From Haliotis rufescens (taxonomy: Eukaryota): a DNA stretch of 64,000 nucleotides. The stretch covers positions 38,502,001 to 38,566,000 of the forward strand of contig NW_025964223.1 of assembly GCF_023055435.1 (NCBI RefSeq). Reading direction: 5' to 3'. Under the pieces are notes generated by a model. The model was not told the DNA's origin. It saw only the letters and a list, made by a program, of their open reading frames with translations, and did not search any database. Below, piece by piece: positions 32,201 to 43,492 of this stretch (position 1 is the stretch's first letter; each line of letters begins with the position of its first letter). A program made the position numbers and the translations under genes.

Positions 32201-33477
32201 CGGCCTGCCTGTATACAACCAAGTCCTGACCAGACAATCCAGGAACAGGATAGCACGTTTACTGATTTAGTTCAAATTAAAACAACCAATACAATCATGA
32301 CCTGGTAATAGTGACAACTTGTAAGGAATGGCAACTTAACATTGAAACGTAAATGATGGTTTCCTTCGACTGATTCTGATCAGGTGCTTACCTCACCTGA
32401 CTAATGTCAATTTGTATGTGGGTTCATGTCATGATATGGTTGTTCATCGGAGTCATCGGTAAACATCTGTCACCATCTTCTCCCCAGAAACGACTGGACT
32501 AATGAAGCTTAAACAGTTTTTGTCCCTTAACAATGATGATATCAATGTCAGGGAGTTTCTATATGCCCTCCATGGCAGCCTTATAAATGTCTTAAGAATA
32601 CAGATGAAAGTATCAGTATTTGTGCAGATAGCATCTGGATAACTGTTATGTGTAGGAGAAACCATGTCTCCGAGGGATCACAAGAGATTGTAAACCCTCA
32701 CATGAGGGACGTTCCCGAATGTGAGGGTTTACAATCTCTAGTAATCTCGAGGAGACATGGTTTGTCCAACTTATAAACCGACTCATCGCATAGACAACGT
32801 TTTTAATTAAATAACTGTAATAAAAACTCCCAAATGTATAACCTGTATCGGAGATGAAATATCGCCTGCAGTCGTGAACTCGGTTCGATGAAACCGGTGC
32901 CATCAGCACGTGGGTTTCGCAACGGTGCGAAATCTGCACGTGCGTCTGGCAATGGCACGAAATCTAGATCTGCACGTGCGTCTCGTAGGCTGTTCGTTGT
33001 TTGTGTTCTATCAAGGGTTTACAATGATTGTAAGCCCTCCTGCGAGGTGTTACAATCGTTGTAATACCTTCTACGAGGTGTTACCACAATTTCAAAAACT
33101 CCACATCGAGTTACACAAACAGCCAGTAGGTTTATAATTTTTTACAATCCATCTATTATTTATGATTGCTTCGTGGTTGTCATTTTCAGATTACGTGCAC
33201 AAACGTATCAAGACGTACATCTGGAGCCTCGGATGATACCAGCTGGTTCCCCCTTCCGATCACGTCGCATAACGCTACCTCAGTAACTCTTAACTACACC
33301 CAGATCTGTCCGTGGTCAAAAGCAAAGACTTTGTCTGTAATACGATACGCATGGCGTGAATCTCCGTGTCCCTTTAAACAGTGTGCAGTCTACAACAAGG
33401 AAAGTGGCTATCCCGCCCCACCCTTTATCAAAGGTATATATAGGCCAGATATGTATAATGTCAAACTTGTGAAATAA
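26238..33477 (+). CDS. SIAE: SIAE-like copy 2 (8 exons, apparently intact)
   Basis: Exons 26238-26337 (signal-like), 26842-27182, 28679-28817, 29392-29670, 30284-30420, 31187-31344, 31474-31675, 33190-33477; GT-AG boundaries with consistent phases; GQSNM, YGGT, YQGEAN and IHPRDKQ motifs present. Confidence 0.92.
26392..26639 (-). mobile_element. SINE-like repeat family B (AGGCGACTAA / Meta-like core)
   Basis: Reverse complement of the family seen at 34531-34804 (CCGTGAAGAT...GTGGTCAGGCTCGCTGACTTG...TATTGCTGAGTGC). Confidence 0.7.
28250..28476 (-). mobile_element. SINE family C-related, diverged
   Basis: - strand GTGGCCCAGCCATCTAAGGCGCC...GGTTCAAATCC...TATTAAGCTG..CGCGTTAAAC. Confidence 0.5.
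28981..29111. other. Assembly gap (N run)
   Basis: Run of n inside intron 3 of copy 2. Confidence 1.
29949..30198 (-). mobile_element. SINE-like repeat family B
   Basis: CCACCCGATCCCGTTAGTCGCC...CAAGCATAGTCGCC (duplicated)...ACCCCGGATCTTCACGGG. Confidence 0.75.
30964..31131 (+). mobile_element. SINE family A
   Basis: Full head and tail; 8-bp TSD CTCACTGA at 30956-30963 and 31132-31139. Confidence 0.9.
31704..31958 (+). mobile_element. SINE-like repeat family B
   Basis: GCTTGTCGTAAGAGGCGACTAACGGGATCAGGTGGTCAGGCTCG...GGAATATTGC...(AAAC)n tail. Confidence 0.75.
32659..32763. repeat. Nested inverted repeat (perfect 21-bp inner stem, 13-bp outer stem)
   Basis: AGAGATTGTAAACCCTCACAT (32683-32703) / ATGTGAGGGTTTACAATCTCT (32719-32739); AAACCATGTCTCC (32659-32671) / GGAGACATGGTTT (32751-32763). 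Confidence 0.9.
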
Positions 33478-33539
33478 AATGTGGCAGCTTCTTTGTGTTG
33501 ATCATTTTTTTAATGAACTAACAACTGACTGATGAGGTG

Positions 33540-33589
33540 AGGTAAAATGGGGTTTAATGTCGCATTCAAGATTAATGCACTTCAACAGC

Positions 33590-33639
<50 letters not shown>

Positions 33640-33797
33640 TGCTTGTACTGATCTGGACTTATGCCGAATTAAGAGTGCTACCATGTCTAAGTTTAACATA
33701 CAACAAACCCCACTCTCTAGCGTCGTTTAGTATGCTGCGGCCAAGGATCGAACAACCGACTCTCAGGACAGACGCTCTATCCACATGGTGCGGTGGT
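33540..33797 (-). mobile_element. SINE family D with internal (CA)n microsatellite
   Basis: tRNA-like head at 33730-33795 on the - strand; (GT)n at ~33593-33638; same structure as 42405-42735. Confidence 0.65.
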
Positions 33798-34530
33798 CCT
33801 TGTTTCTGTCATTGCTTATCATTTTATCTTATTCCGTTCTTTTGCTTTTTTACCGTTTAAGCCAATCACTACTCCCAAATCGAAAGTATTGGTTTCTAAA
33901 ATTTTCTTCGTTCTGCGTGTCCATACCCTACCACAACCATCACTTTCACATAATGTCGTCACTGCAAATTACAGCAATTTACTATCAGGTTAAATCTGGA
34001 TCTCTGTCTCCATATTCTCTTTATTCAATTCATTTGCCCTATCGAACAGAACGGTCGATAGAAGTGTCAGAACGTTTTACATTTATCTTGTAAGTATGTT
34101 TAACTTTCTTGAAGATAGTTTCACCTTGTAACACTTACCCGAGATTGTTAGTACAAAGTTCAAGCTGGCGGAGATAAGGCAGGGATCGATCTCATTGTGT
34201 GTTTCCTAGCGTCTTGTAGACGGCTGATGTGTGGTCAGTTCAACTTCCTGCCATCAATGCTGGTGGGCCTTACAACATCACAGCGACATCTAGCGCGGGC
34301 AGCATTGGCTTAACTGATGTGTTGTTTGGGGACGTCTGGATATGTTCGGGTCAGAGCAACATGCAGTTTACAGTTTCAATCATGGTAGGTTGTAACAAAC
34401 AGAGATATAAACATTCAATGGTAGACTTGATTAAAAAGGTATACAATCTCATGTTGTGGTGTTCAGGTTTGTCTGCTTTCTACTTCAACGAAATATCAAC
34501 ATGGAGTCCATTGCTGTCTACTAGTAATAA

Positions 34531-34804
34531 GACCCGTGAAGATCCGGGGTACAATAGGTCTTCAGCAACCCATGTTTGCCGTACAAGGCGGATATGCTTG
34601 TAAGTAAGAGGCGACTAACGGTATCGGGTGGTCAGGCTCACTGACTTTGATGAACCATGCCATCCATCCCAAATGTGTTGATCGATGCTCATGATATCAA
34701 TCACTGGATTGTCTTGTCAAGACTCGATTCTATACAGCCCGCCGTCATATAGCTGGAATATTAATATTGCTGAGTGCGGCGTAAAACAACAAACAAAACA
34801 AACT
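34531..34804 (+). mobile_element. SINE-like repeat family B
   Basis: ACCCGTGAAGATCCGGGGT...AGAGGCGACTAACGG...TATTGCTGAGTGCGGCGTAAAAC; absent from the paralogous intron of copy 4. Confidence 0.8.
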
Positions 34805-35950
34805 ACTAGTCATAATGTGAGTTCCAGTTGCTATCCCTTTGTGCTAAGCAAGTGTCTCTCTTGTTGTTTTAATATTCCTACGTGTCAGTTCTGAAACATG
34901 AACCAACGAGGTATATATTGGTTGGGTCTTGTGGCAATTTGTTACAGATCTAGGTTCTCATAACCCTAAGAACCCGACTGAACAATAATCAATTATTCTA
35001 ACTACAGCTAACTGTAACTGGTGCCTCAGACTATAAGTCATAGTGGTGATGTGAAACAGTTCTTATGGGTTTGCCAAAGTGATAGAGGTTTACAACCTAG
35101 TGTCATTTTGGTTTTCAATCCCGCTTCCGCACACACACCATCACATACCTGAAGTCCTGTTCTTAGTGACCTGTAATCATACTAACTCATTCGCTCTCTG
35201 AGTGTTCCAAGTGTTGTATAAATCAGTTATTCATGTTGTCTCCGACAGGGTTTCAATGCCACGGAAGAGGAGTTAGATGCCTTTAACCATCCCAATATCC
35301 GGGTATTTACAGTTGCCTTGGGGGCGTCTCCGTTTAAAGCATGGGATCTGTCGGGTATCAGTGAACCTTGGTCTGTTCCTAGTCCAGGTAAACACTTGCT
35401 ATAGAGTTTCCTGGTCATACATTGCAACGCCATGCTCTATATATCAATATCAGCTCTTAGTTCTCTTGAACATATTCTTAAAAACTAATATCGTTGTTAG
35501 AATTTATCATTTTGATTTCCCCTCTGTCAGTGTGACAAATATGTCTTCAGTGATCAAACTAGTTTTAACTCTCTTCATCTTCTCACATCAAGATAGCATT
35601 GGTGGTTCCTATTGGTCGTACTTTTCGGATGTCTGCTGGTTATATGGAAAGTACCTGTCTTCACATCTCAAATACCCCATCGGCCTCATAGCATCACCAT
35701 ACGGAGGAACCCGAGTGGAGGCGTGGTCAGCTCCCAATGTTCTCAAGAAATGTGGTGTATACGATGTAAGTAATGTAAGCGATGTAAGTGATGCTGGTGA
35801 TGTTTCTGGTATAGATCCAAATGCTGATTCTGTTGTGTGGAATGTCATGATGCGACCGTTCCTGAACATGACCATATACGGAATCATATGGTATCAAGGT
35901 AAAAACAAAACGATATTAAAACCGATCATACTGGCGTTGATTTTATATAG

Positions 35951-35961
35951 CACACACGCAC

Positions 35962-36013
<52 letters not shown>
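35951..36013. repeat. (CA)n microsatellite
   Basis: Seen directly; the paralogous position in copy 4 is an N gap. Confidence 0.95.
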
Positions 36014-36015
<2 letters not shown>

Positions 36016-36372
36016 TCGATGGATCCATTTCTTACCACTGCCTTTTATTCAATTCTTCATTGATCCTCTATAATGCTCCCGCTCAAAGTATTAATAAATC
36101 TATCATATGTGCAAAAAAATACGGGAGTTTTTTCACATACGTCATTGAGTACAAATTTGCAAACTCAATTCCCAACATTATTCTCTTCTCAATATTTTGT
36201 TCCAGGTGAGTCCGAGGCCACGCATCCTACATCAATGAACCGGTACAACTGTACGTTCCCCGCCATGATTGATGACTGGAGAGATAGATTCCACCACAGT
36301 TCCTTTGGTCAAACTAACCCGCTTTTTCCCTTTGGTTTTGTTCAGGTTTGCCTTTTTTCGTTCATGTATTTA

Positions 36373-36530
36373 AGAGGGTAGCCTTGTGGTTTAAGCGTTC
36401 GCGCATCACGCCGAAGACCCCATTCCTGACGAGGGTACAATGTGTGAAACCCATTTCTGATGTCCCCCGCCCTGATATTGCTGGGGTATTGCAAAAAGCG
36501 GCGTAAAACCATACTCACAAACTCACTCAC
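36373..36530 (+). mobile_element. SINE family A
   Basis: Family A body and tail; 11-bp TSD TCATGTATTTA at 36362-36372 and 36531-36541. Confidence 0.88.
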
Positions 36531-38526
36531 TCATGTATTTAGGTACATCTTCTATGACTGTGACAACTTGAAATGTCAGAATACTTTATGCCACTTGCGT
36601 GTTCCGAGCATCGACCCTTGCAATTTCAAACTGGCAAATAATTTAAATCACGACAAAGATTTTCTGGGGGCATTGTGAATAACAACACCCACCAGAAGTT
36701 ACACAAAACAGGGTTGTTCCGTACTCTACAAACCACCAACATGCTTATAAGAAATCAGATGGGCCAACTGTAGATGGTTGAAATATGTTAAGCCATGAAG
36801 ATATTGTGAAATATAGTTGAATAACTCGCCTTCCGAAACTTTCACAGATCAGTATGTGGATTTGGCCTTTAATCAGACGTAGATATGTCATCATATTCAC
36901 GCAAACAATTTGTGTCGAACAAAGAAATAGCATGTTGTCCATGTGATTTTGCATTCATGTATTCATTTATTCATTCTTTTTTATAAGCTTGCTCCATGGC
37001 GAGACAATAACGTCACTATGACTGGCTTCACAGACATTCGGTGGCACCAGACAGCTGACTATGGCTACGTCCCAAACGCCAGGATGAAGAACACCTTTAT
37101 GGCGGTGGCCATGGACCTGCCGGACTTCTCATCTCCTTGGCAAAGGTATCATAAATAATTTGAACCCAGTACAATAAGTACCATAAAAAAAGGTGGAATG
37201 TCTAACAATTTGTAAGCCATATTGTTGTACAAATGTTATTTCTTTTTCAGTAAACCCTCACACCATTTCAAGTAGTCCCTGATGGTGCCTTTCCCTATGT
37301 GTGTCATTTTAGACTCGGTCCTCTGGACACTGGCCTTAATATGTAACAATCAGATAAGATATTGTGTGTTTTTGGATGTGCTTTTATTTTAGTATCCATC
37401 CCCGGGACAAGCAGGATGTGTCTATGCGTCTGTGTACAGCAGGACTTGCTGTGGCTTACAACCAAACTCACTTCTCTACACTCAATGGCCCCTACCCGTC
37501 TCATTTTACAATCTTGGCGCAAGAAGAAACCGTACAGATTACTTATGACAAAGTTCTGGAAATTAGATCGAAATCAGGCTTTGAGGTCAGTGACCATTGC
37601 TTCTTCGTGTTTTTTCTTTCTTTTGTCAACCAAACAATTGTTATATATTGCATATATTTCTCTGAAATGATAATTTTATTGGTGTGTATTGCCAATGGGT
37701 AGATGGTTCTTCTTAGATTTAGAATTGTGCACTGCCTGATGACACGGAATCATTGGCTCTGGGTTCCATTCGCTTGTGACGTATTACGATATATAGGGGA
37801 TACTTATATTTTCTTGTCAAAAAGCATTTGATCCAGTGACCCGACAAAGATGAGTGGCACGTATATCACAATGGTTAATATATTACATTTATCATATGTT
37901 ACCACATTACAAAAGTTAATTATGCATTATGTACATGCATTTTCTAAATGATCTTCACAATGTTTCTTTGAAAAATTATTGTATCATTAAGACAGTTCCG
38001 GCATAAAGTGATATTTCACCTGAGTGAGATATCAATGTAATATTTTCAGATTAATACTATATTTCATCAATAAATACAGATTTTCAATCTATCAATATCA
38101 AATAAGTATGATATTAGGTGTTCGCACATGGGAGAGCGTATCCTGTCCTGTGACACACATATCAAAACATGCACATTCAAGTCAATTGTTCATCTCACAA
38201 AACACTGAAACATGTAGTACAAGCCAAAATCCGACATAGTTTCTGTCACTGGTGCGTCAGATTTGGAAATGTACTCACCATTTCTTCCATAAAACCTTTC
38301 GAAAGCTTTTCTAAGGCCTTTTGTGTTGTTACCCCGGTCACACAACTTTAAGCAAGATTCGTGAGCCGACCTTCACAGAAAGAGTATGCGTGGCTGTACC
38401 TGAATGGTTGTGACATGTTGACTCCAAAGGCAATGTATATGTGGAATCTCACATTTAAAAGTTATGGAAAACTGTGTAATAATGTTATGAACATCTTCAA
38501 ATAGTTCACAATTGGACTTCCTTTTC

Positions 38527-39081
38527 TTATTATCCTCCGCCCAACAAAGTTGGCGGGGGGTATAGAAACGGGCTCCGTCCGTCCGTCCGTCCGTCCGTCC
38601 GTCACGTTTCGTTTCCGGAGCATAACTCAGAAACCGTTCAATATTTTTTCATGAAACTTTGCAGGTCTGTCAAGCACATGCTAAACTGGTGCCTTTTGCT
38701 ACTTAGAAATTTCAGAAATTTGTATTTTTTACGTTTCCATGGCAACAAGATGGACTTAGGTTATGTGAGGGTAGGGTTCGTTTCCGGAGCATAACTCATA
38801 AACCGTTCAATATCTTTTCATCAAACTTTACAGGTTTGTCAGGTACATGCTGAACTGGTGCCCTTTGCTATTTAGAAATTTTAGATTTTTTTATTTTTAC
38901 ACTTTTCCATGGCAACAAGATGGACTTAGGTTCTGTTAGGGTAGGGTTCGTTTCCGGAGCATAACTCATAAACCGTTCAATATTTTTTCATCAAACTTTG
39001 CAGGGCTTGTTTAGATTTAATTATGTCATTAATTCTGCAACAGGGGCGGGGGATTTAGCCACGTTAGTGGCAGCTCTTGTT
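38527..39081 (+). mobile_element. Helentron-associated non-autonomous element (HINE / DINE-1 / pearl-like)
   Basis: 5' subTIR ATCCTCCGCCC with adjacent inverted copy GGCGGGGGG; (GTCC)n microsatellite; ~170-bp core repeats starting at ~38608, 38777 and 38947; 3' subTIR GGGGCGGGGGAT; hairpin GCCAC-GTTA-GTGGC; T-rich ends. Confidence 0.85.
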
Positions 39082-39409
39082 TACACTTGCATGTTCAAGT
39101 ATGTCGAATATGAGCGAATAAAGGTCGATTGTTAAAACTTCAAGTGGCAATTGAACAACATCTATGATGTCACCTGAGAAGATTTTGTAACGACACGTTT
39201 GTTCTGTCTTTATCTGTATCTCCTAAAATACAATTAGCTTGTGTTAAATACTGGCTTATGCTCAAATATTAAAACTGAAAACCTTAGCCTTTTCCCACAA
39301 TTAGTCCAAAACAAGCATGTGTTGAAATCAACATGGTCAAATGCTAGTTCTCATTCATATAAAAATATATAACATTTTGCTAATTTCTAAACGAATGCCG
39401 ACCCTTTAG

Positions 39410-39580
39410 TGAGTGAGTGAGTGACTATGGTTTTACGCCGCTTTTAACAGTATTCCAGCAATATCACGGCGGGGGACACCAGAAATAGGCTCCACACATT
39501 GTACCCATGTCGGGAATCGAACCCGGGTCTTCGGCGTGACGGGCGAACGCTTTAACCACTAGGCTACCCGACCGCCCCGT
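39410..39580 (-). mobile_element. SINE family A (young)
   Basis: Intact A/B boxes and (ACTC)n tail; 11-bp TSD CGACCCTTTAG at 39399-39409 and 39581-39591; empty paralogous site at ~50950. Confidence 0.93.
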
Positions 39581-42404
39581 CGACCCTTTAGAGCAAATAT
39601 GCCCTCAGTAATCCTAGGGATTTCAAGAGTTGCCTTTGGCCGTCATATTCGAGTTCTACTGCGACACATATAGTGAGAGTCAAAAGCATCAACCCGTTTG
39701 TTCCTGTAGCAATGCTGGAAATACACCAATACCTTGCTACAGAATTGCTGAATCCTTCGGTGGGACCAGCAGTCCCTGTTCTGTGCCATCACTCAGTGAT
39801 GGCGTTTGAGAACTATTATCATGGTGTGTCTCCTGATCAAAGTTAATATGACAGCTGGTTGATGAAAAGTACAGACAAATATTCATAAGTGATGAATCAA
39901 CTGACGAGTAAACTGTTTGAATCAGAGACCTTTCATTTTTATTGATTAAGTTGTGATTTCTCTAGTTATTGTGGTTGTTTTCCTTTAGGTGACATGTGTT
40001 CCATCCAACAGTTCATCACGACCAGATGATAATTCAGTATGGTTTCCAATGCCTATTACTTCACACGACCACACATCAGTGACCCTCAACTACAGCCAAC
40101 TATGTCTGCGATCTAGAGACATGGTGGTGTCTGCAATACGGTACGCCTGGAGAGAGTCGCCCTGCCCCTTCAAACAGTGTGCTGTCTACAACAAGGACAG
40201 TGGATACCCAGGACCACCTTTCATTCGACATGTTAGGCAAAAAGATGTCTAATATTGAAATTATGAAATAAATTGCGTGCAAAATAACTAGAATGTTTGT
40301 TTTGTCTTAGTAATGGTGATGATATATACTTTTAAAACCAGGAATAAGATGTCAAATTTTGAAATTATGAAATAAATTGCGTGCAAAATAACTAGAATGT
40401 TTGGTTTTGAGTATAATCAATAAACAGCCGTGAGGCAATCTTTGTAATGGTGATGATCTATACTTTTAAAACCAGCAAACTACACTATGTTAATTTTGTA
40501 TTATGTCTTTAGTATAACCATATCCAAACATAATCATATCAATTGGGTGTTCTATTTGCTGCAAATGATTTTGTTGTATAACACTGATTTTGAAAAAAAT
40601 TCTACTCCGTATGTATGGGCACACTCGAGGAATGAATAAGTAAAAGCGAGATGTGTGAATGTGACTTGCGTCCAAAAATGACCGCTGTGGAATATCATAC
40701 TGACCAATACGAGTGTCACTTGCATCAATTCCAATTGAGCTTTTCACCATGAAACTATTAACATTCAATAGAAACTTACAGAATAACATAAACAAAGTAA
40801 ATATGTCATAAATGTGAATTCAACTTTGGATGCTTTTGATATGAAATAGAATAAAAATGGGTTCAGTTATAATGGGAGTATCATCAAACCACGCGTCAAC
40901 CGTTTGGGTTTGGCGGTTGTTATCAACACCCAAACGAATATTAACAGTTTTACCCTAACCTAAGTACAGGTCACTCCCAAGATGGCCAGGGATAAGAGGG
41001 AGCAAGCACGATTAGTGAATGATCAATGCAATTGTCCCATTTGTCCCCTGTTCAGGTTTTTGTTATTTTGATAGGTAACAATGCTATGAAAACATAAATA
41101 AAAGCCACAAAGACACTCTTAATCATGAGAAGTCCATTCCGACTACACTAGGACGCAAGTCTACGGGACTACGCAGAATGTTGGTTAGACTTTTGCGCAC
41201 ACACTCTGCGGAGTATCTGCGAAACTAATTGTCCCTTTTATGGGACGAATTTGTTTTCTGACCCCGGGCGTCGGCACAAGCGTGGTGTTGGAAGACAAGT
41301 TATACATGCACATCCCATATGGTGACTGTTTTTCACTATTCATATTCCAATTTCATTCATAATGCCATACCATCAAAGTACTCCTAGATTATTCAATTAT
41401 TATTTTTTGCATGAAACAAAGAAGGATTTTATCTGTCATCTTGCAGATTAAGCCTGTGTTCATTCGAAATAGGAACGGGAATAATTGATTATCATGAATA
41501 TATATCATGCAGTTAAAAGTTATCCATATACATGTACACTGTAAAAGTATTCACTTTAAAGTCGTATGCGACATTCGACCTGCCCGATGCAGGTCCATTG
41601 GAACGAAATGTGTGTATAGGGTGTAACAGTTTTTGAATGTGGTAGGTTTGTCAAATATGATTATAAAAATAATTTCTTTTTAATTCCTTTCATTCAAAAT
41701 GTTTTCAGAAATTAAATTATGCTTGAGAAGTAGAGCTGAAGTAGACCAAGGGAAATGTGACGTTACATGTAGGCTCTTCCTTTGAGCATGAATATACAGG
41801 AAATGCTGTGTAACAATTCTCTATGTTTGGATGTTGTCAGTTCTGCGTTCTGAGATACAGTGATGTAAGTATCTACTACAATTAACAAAACATGTAGATA
41901 ATAAAGTAAAAAATAAACTCTCTGCTGGAATGTATGGTGCCAATTATTCGATAGGGTAAGACTCGTCTGAGACTCATTAGACTAGACGAATCAACTAGTT
42001 TTACCTGATGAAAAATAATCTGCCAGTTTTAAGTAACACTGCTATTACATGACAATTGAAATTTCTAACTATAGATAAATTAGAGAAAGTGACTACATGC
42101 ATGTTATCCCTATAAATCAAAGCTGTCAATAAACTGTCAATCATATTAATAGGAGGCAACCAGTTCTAGTAATCAAGTTGTATTCAATCGTATATCAACT
42201 ACAATTTGAAATACTTTATAGATACGCGTTTTTGAGGAGCGTACACACAACTAGTGAATAGTATTGCTCCGTGTGTGAAGGCGATAGTGAGACATAGTCA
42301 CAAGTTGTACATACTTTGTATATCAGTGTACACGTTAAAACACTCGGCCATATATGTATGAACTATGAGACATGACACATGAAAACAAAATGAAATCACA
42401 AGTG

Positions 42405-42461
42405 AAGTTGAGGTGAAATGGTGTTTAACGTCGCGTTCAAAATATTGCACTTCTATATCGC

Positions 42462-42541
<80 letters not shown>

Positions 42542-42735
42542 CTGCTTGTACTAGTCCGAATTGATGCCGATATTATGGTGCTAGCCCACTGAGATACCAT
42601 GCTCCAGGTTAACATGGATACCCCACTCAGAAACAGTATATTGACTTCGAGCCGACCAGTCCTTGTTTTAGCCCCTTAACACCGAACCTTCCGCTCTCCC
42701 GGTGGACACTCTACCACTGGATCAAGGAGGCGGTC
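42405..42735 (-). mobile_element. SINE family D with compound (GCGT)n(GT)n microsatellite
   Basis: tRNA-like head, core GGTATCTCAGTGGGCTAGCAC, microsatellite ~42460-42538, tail AATATTTTGAACGCGACGTTAAAC. Confidence 0.7.
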
Positions 42736-43492
42736 ACTACAAGTTAAGAATATTTAATAAATAATGCATACCCAAGAACAAGATAAATACATACATTAAA
42801 CCAAGATAAATAAACAAATATAGTATCAATTACTACATTGTCACACCTTCTCTGTGTAAACTGATTATATATCACACCGCGATATAACTGTAAAATACTG
42901 TTAAAAGCGGCGTTAAAAAAAACTTACTCACTCACTGATTATATATAATACTTACGGCTGTTTAAATATCAGTGGAATAACTTGGATCAATAGATAGACT
43001 GAAGAGCACATAGAAGGTGTCTTCTGTTAGACTTGATTAAGGATCCAACTCTTCTGCAAATATCTACCAGCTCTTCAGTAATCCCACGAGCATGGTCCCG
43101 ATATACAGCTCGATTAGATGGGGTTTCAGGGTGCGACAAGTTTCCGTATGGGACGAGTCCTTTTTCACATTAACCAGAACAGTTCAACACATGCTCTGAG
43201 ACTTACAACTTCTATGGGTTTCCTATCCTCAACGTACATATTTCGACTAGTCCTCGTTTCTGTCATTGCTTATTATTTATTTTTTCCGGGTTTTTTGGCT
43301 TGTTTACCGTTTTAGCCAATCACCTCTTCTAAATCGATACTATTGATTTTTACAATTTCTTAGTTCTGCGTGTCCATACCCTCCCACGACTATCACTTTC
43401 ACATAACGTCGCCACTGCAAGTTACAGCCATTTACTATCAGATTAATTCTTGATCTTTCTGTCTCCATGTTCTTTCATTCCATTCACCTATC

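Larger units (their letters stand above)
34229..40252 (+). pseudogene. SIAE: SIAE-like copy 3, 5'-deleted (start codon, signal exon and half of exon 2 lost)
   Basis: Remaining exons 34229-34384, 35249-35387, 35593-35898, 36206-36345, 36988-37145, 37393-37585, 39989-40252. Promoter homologous to copy 4 is joined directly to mid exon 2; in-frame TAG at 34217; the only nearby ATG (34227) is out of frame. Confidence 0.85.

Noticed and set aside
35277-36209. 310-aa ORF as a separate gene; likewise 48300-49043 and 21587-22060
   Set aside because: These are SIAE exons read through flanking intron, microsatellite or N-gap sequence.
18212-39580. tRNA genes
   Set aside because: The A/B-box sequences continue into shared SINE bodies and tails with TSDs and lack complete cloverleaf ends.
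40500-42300. Short hairpin (CGTTTGGGT...ACCCAAACG) and sequence absent from the copy 4 flank
   Set aside because: Probably TE fragments, but no termini, TSD or coding remnant could be defined.
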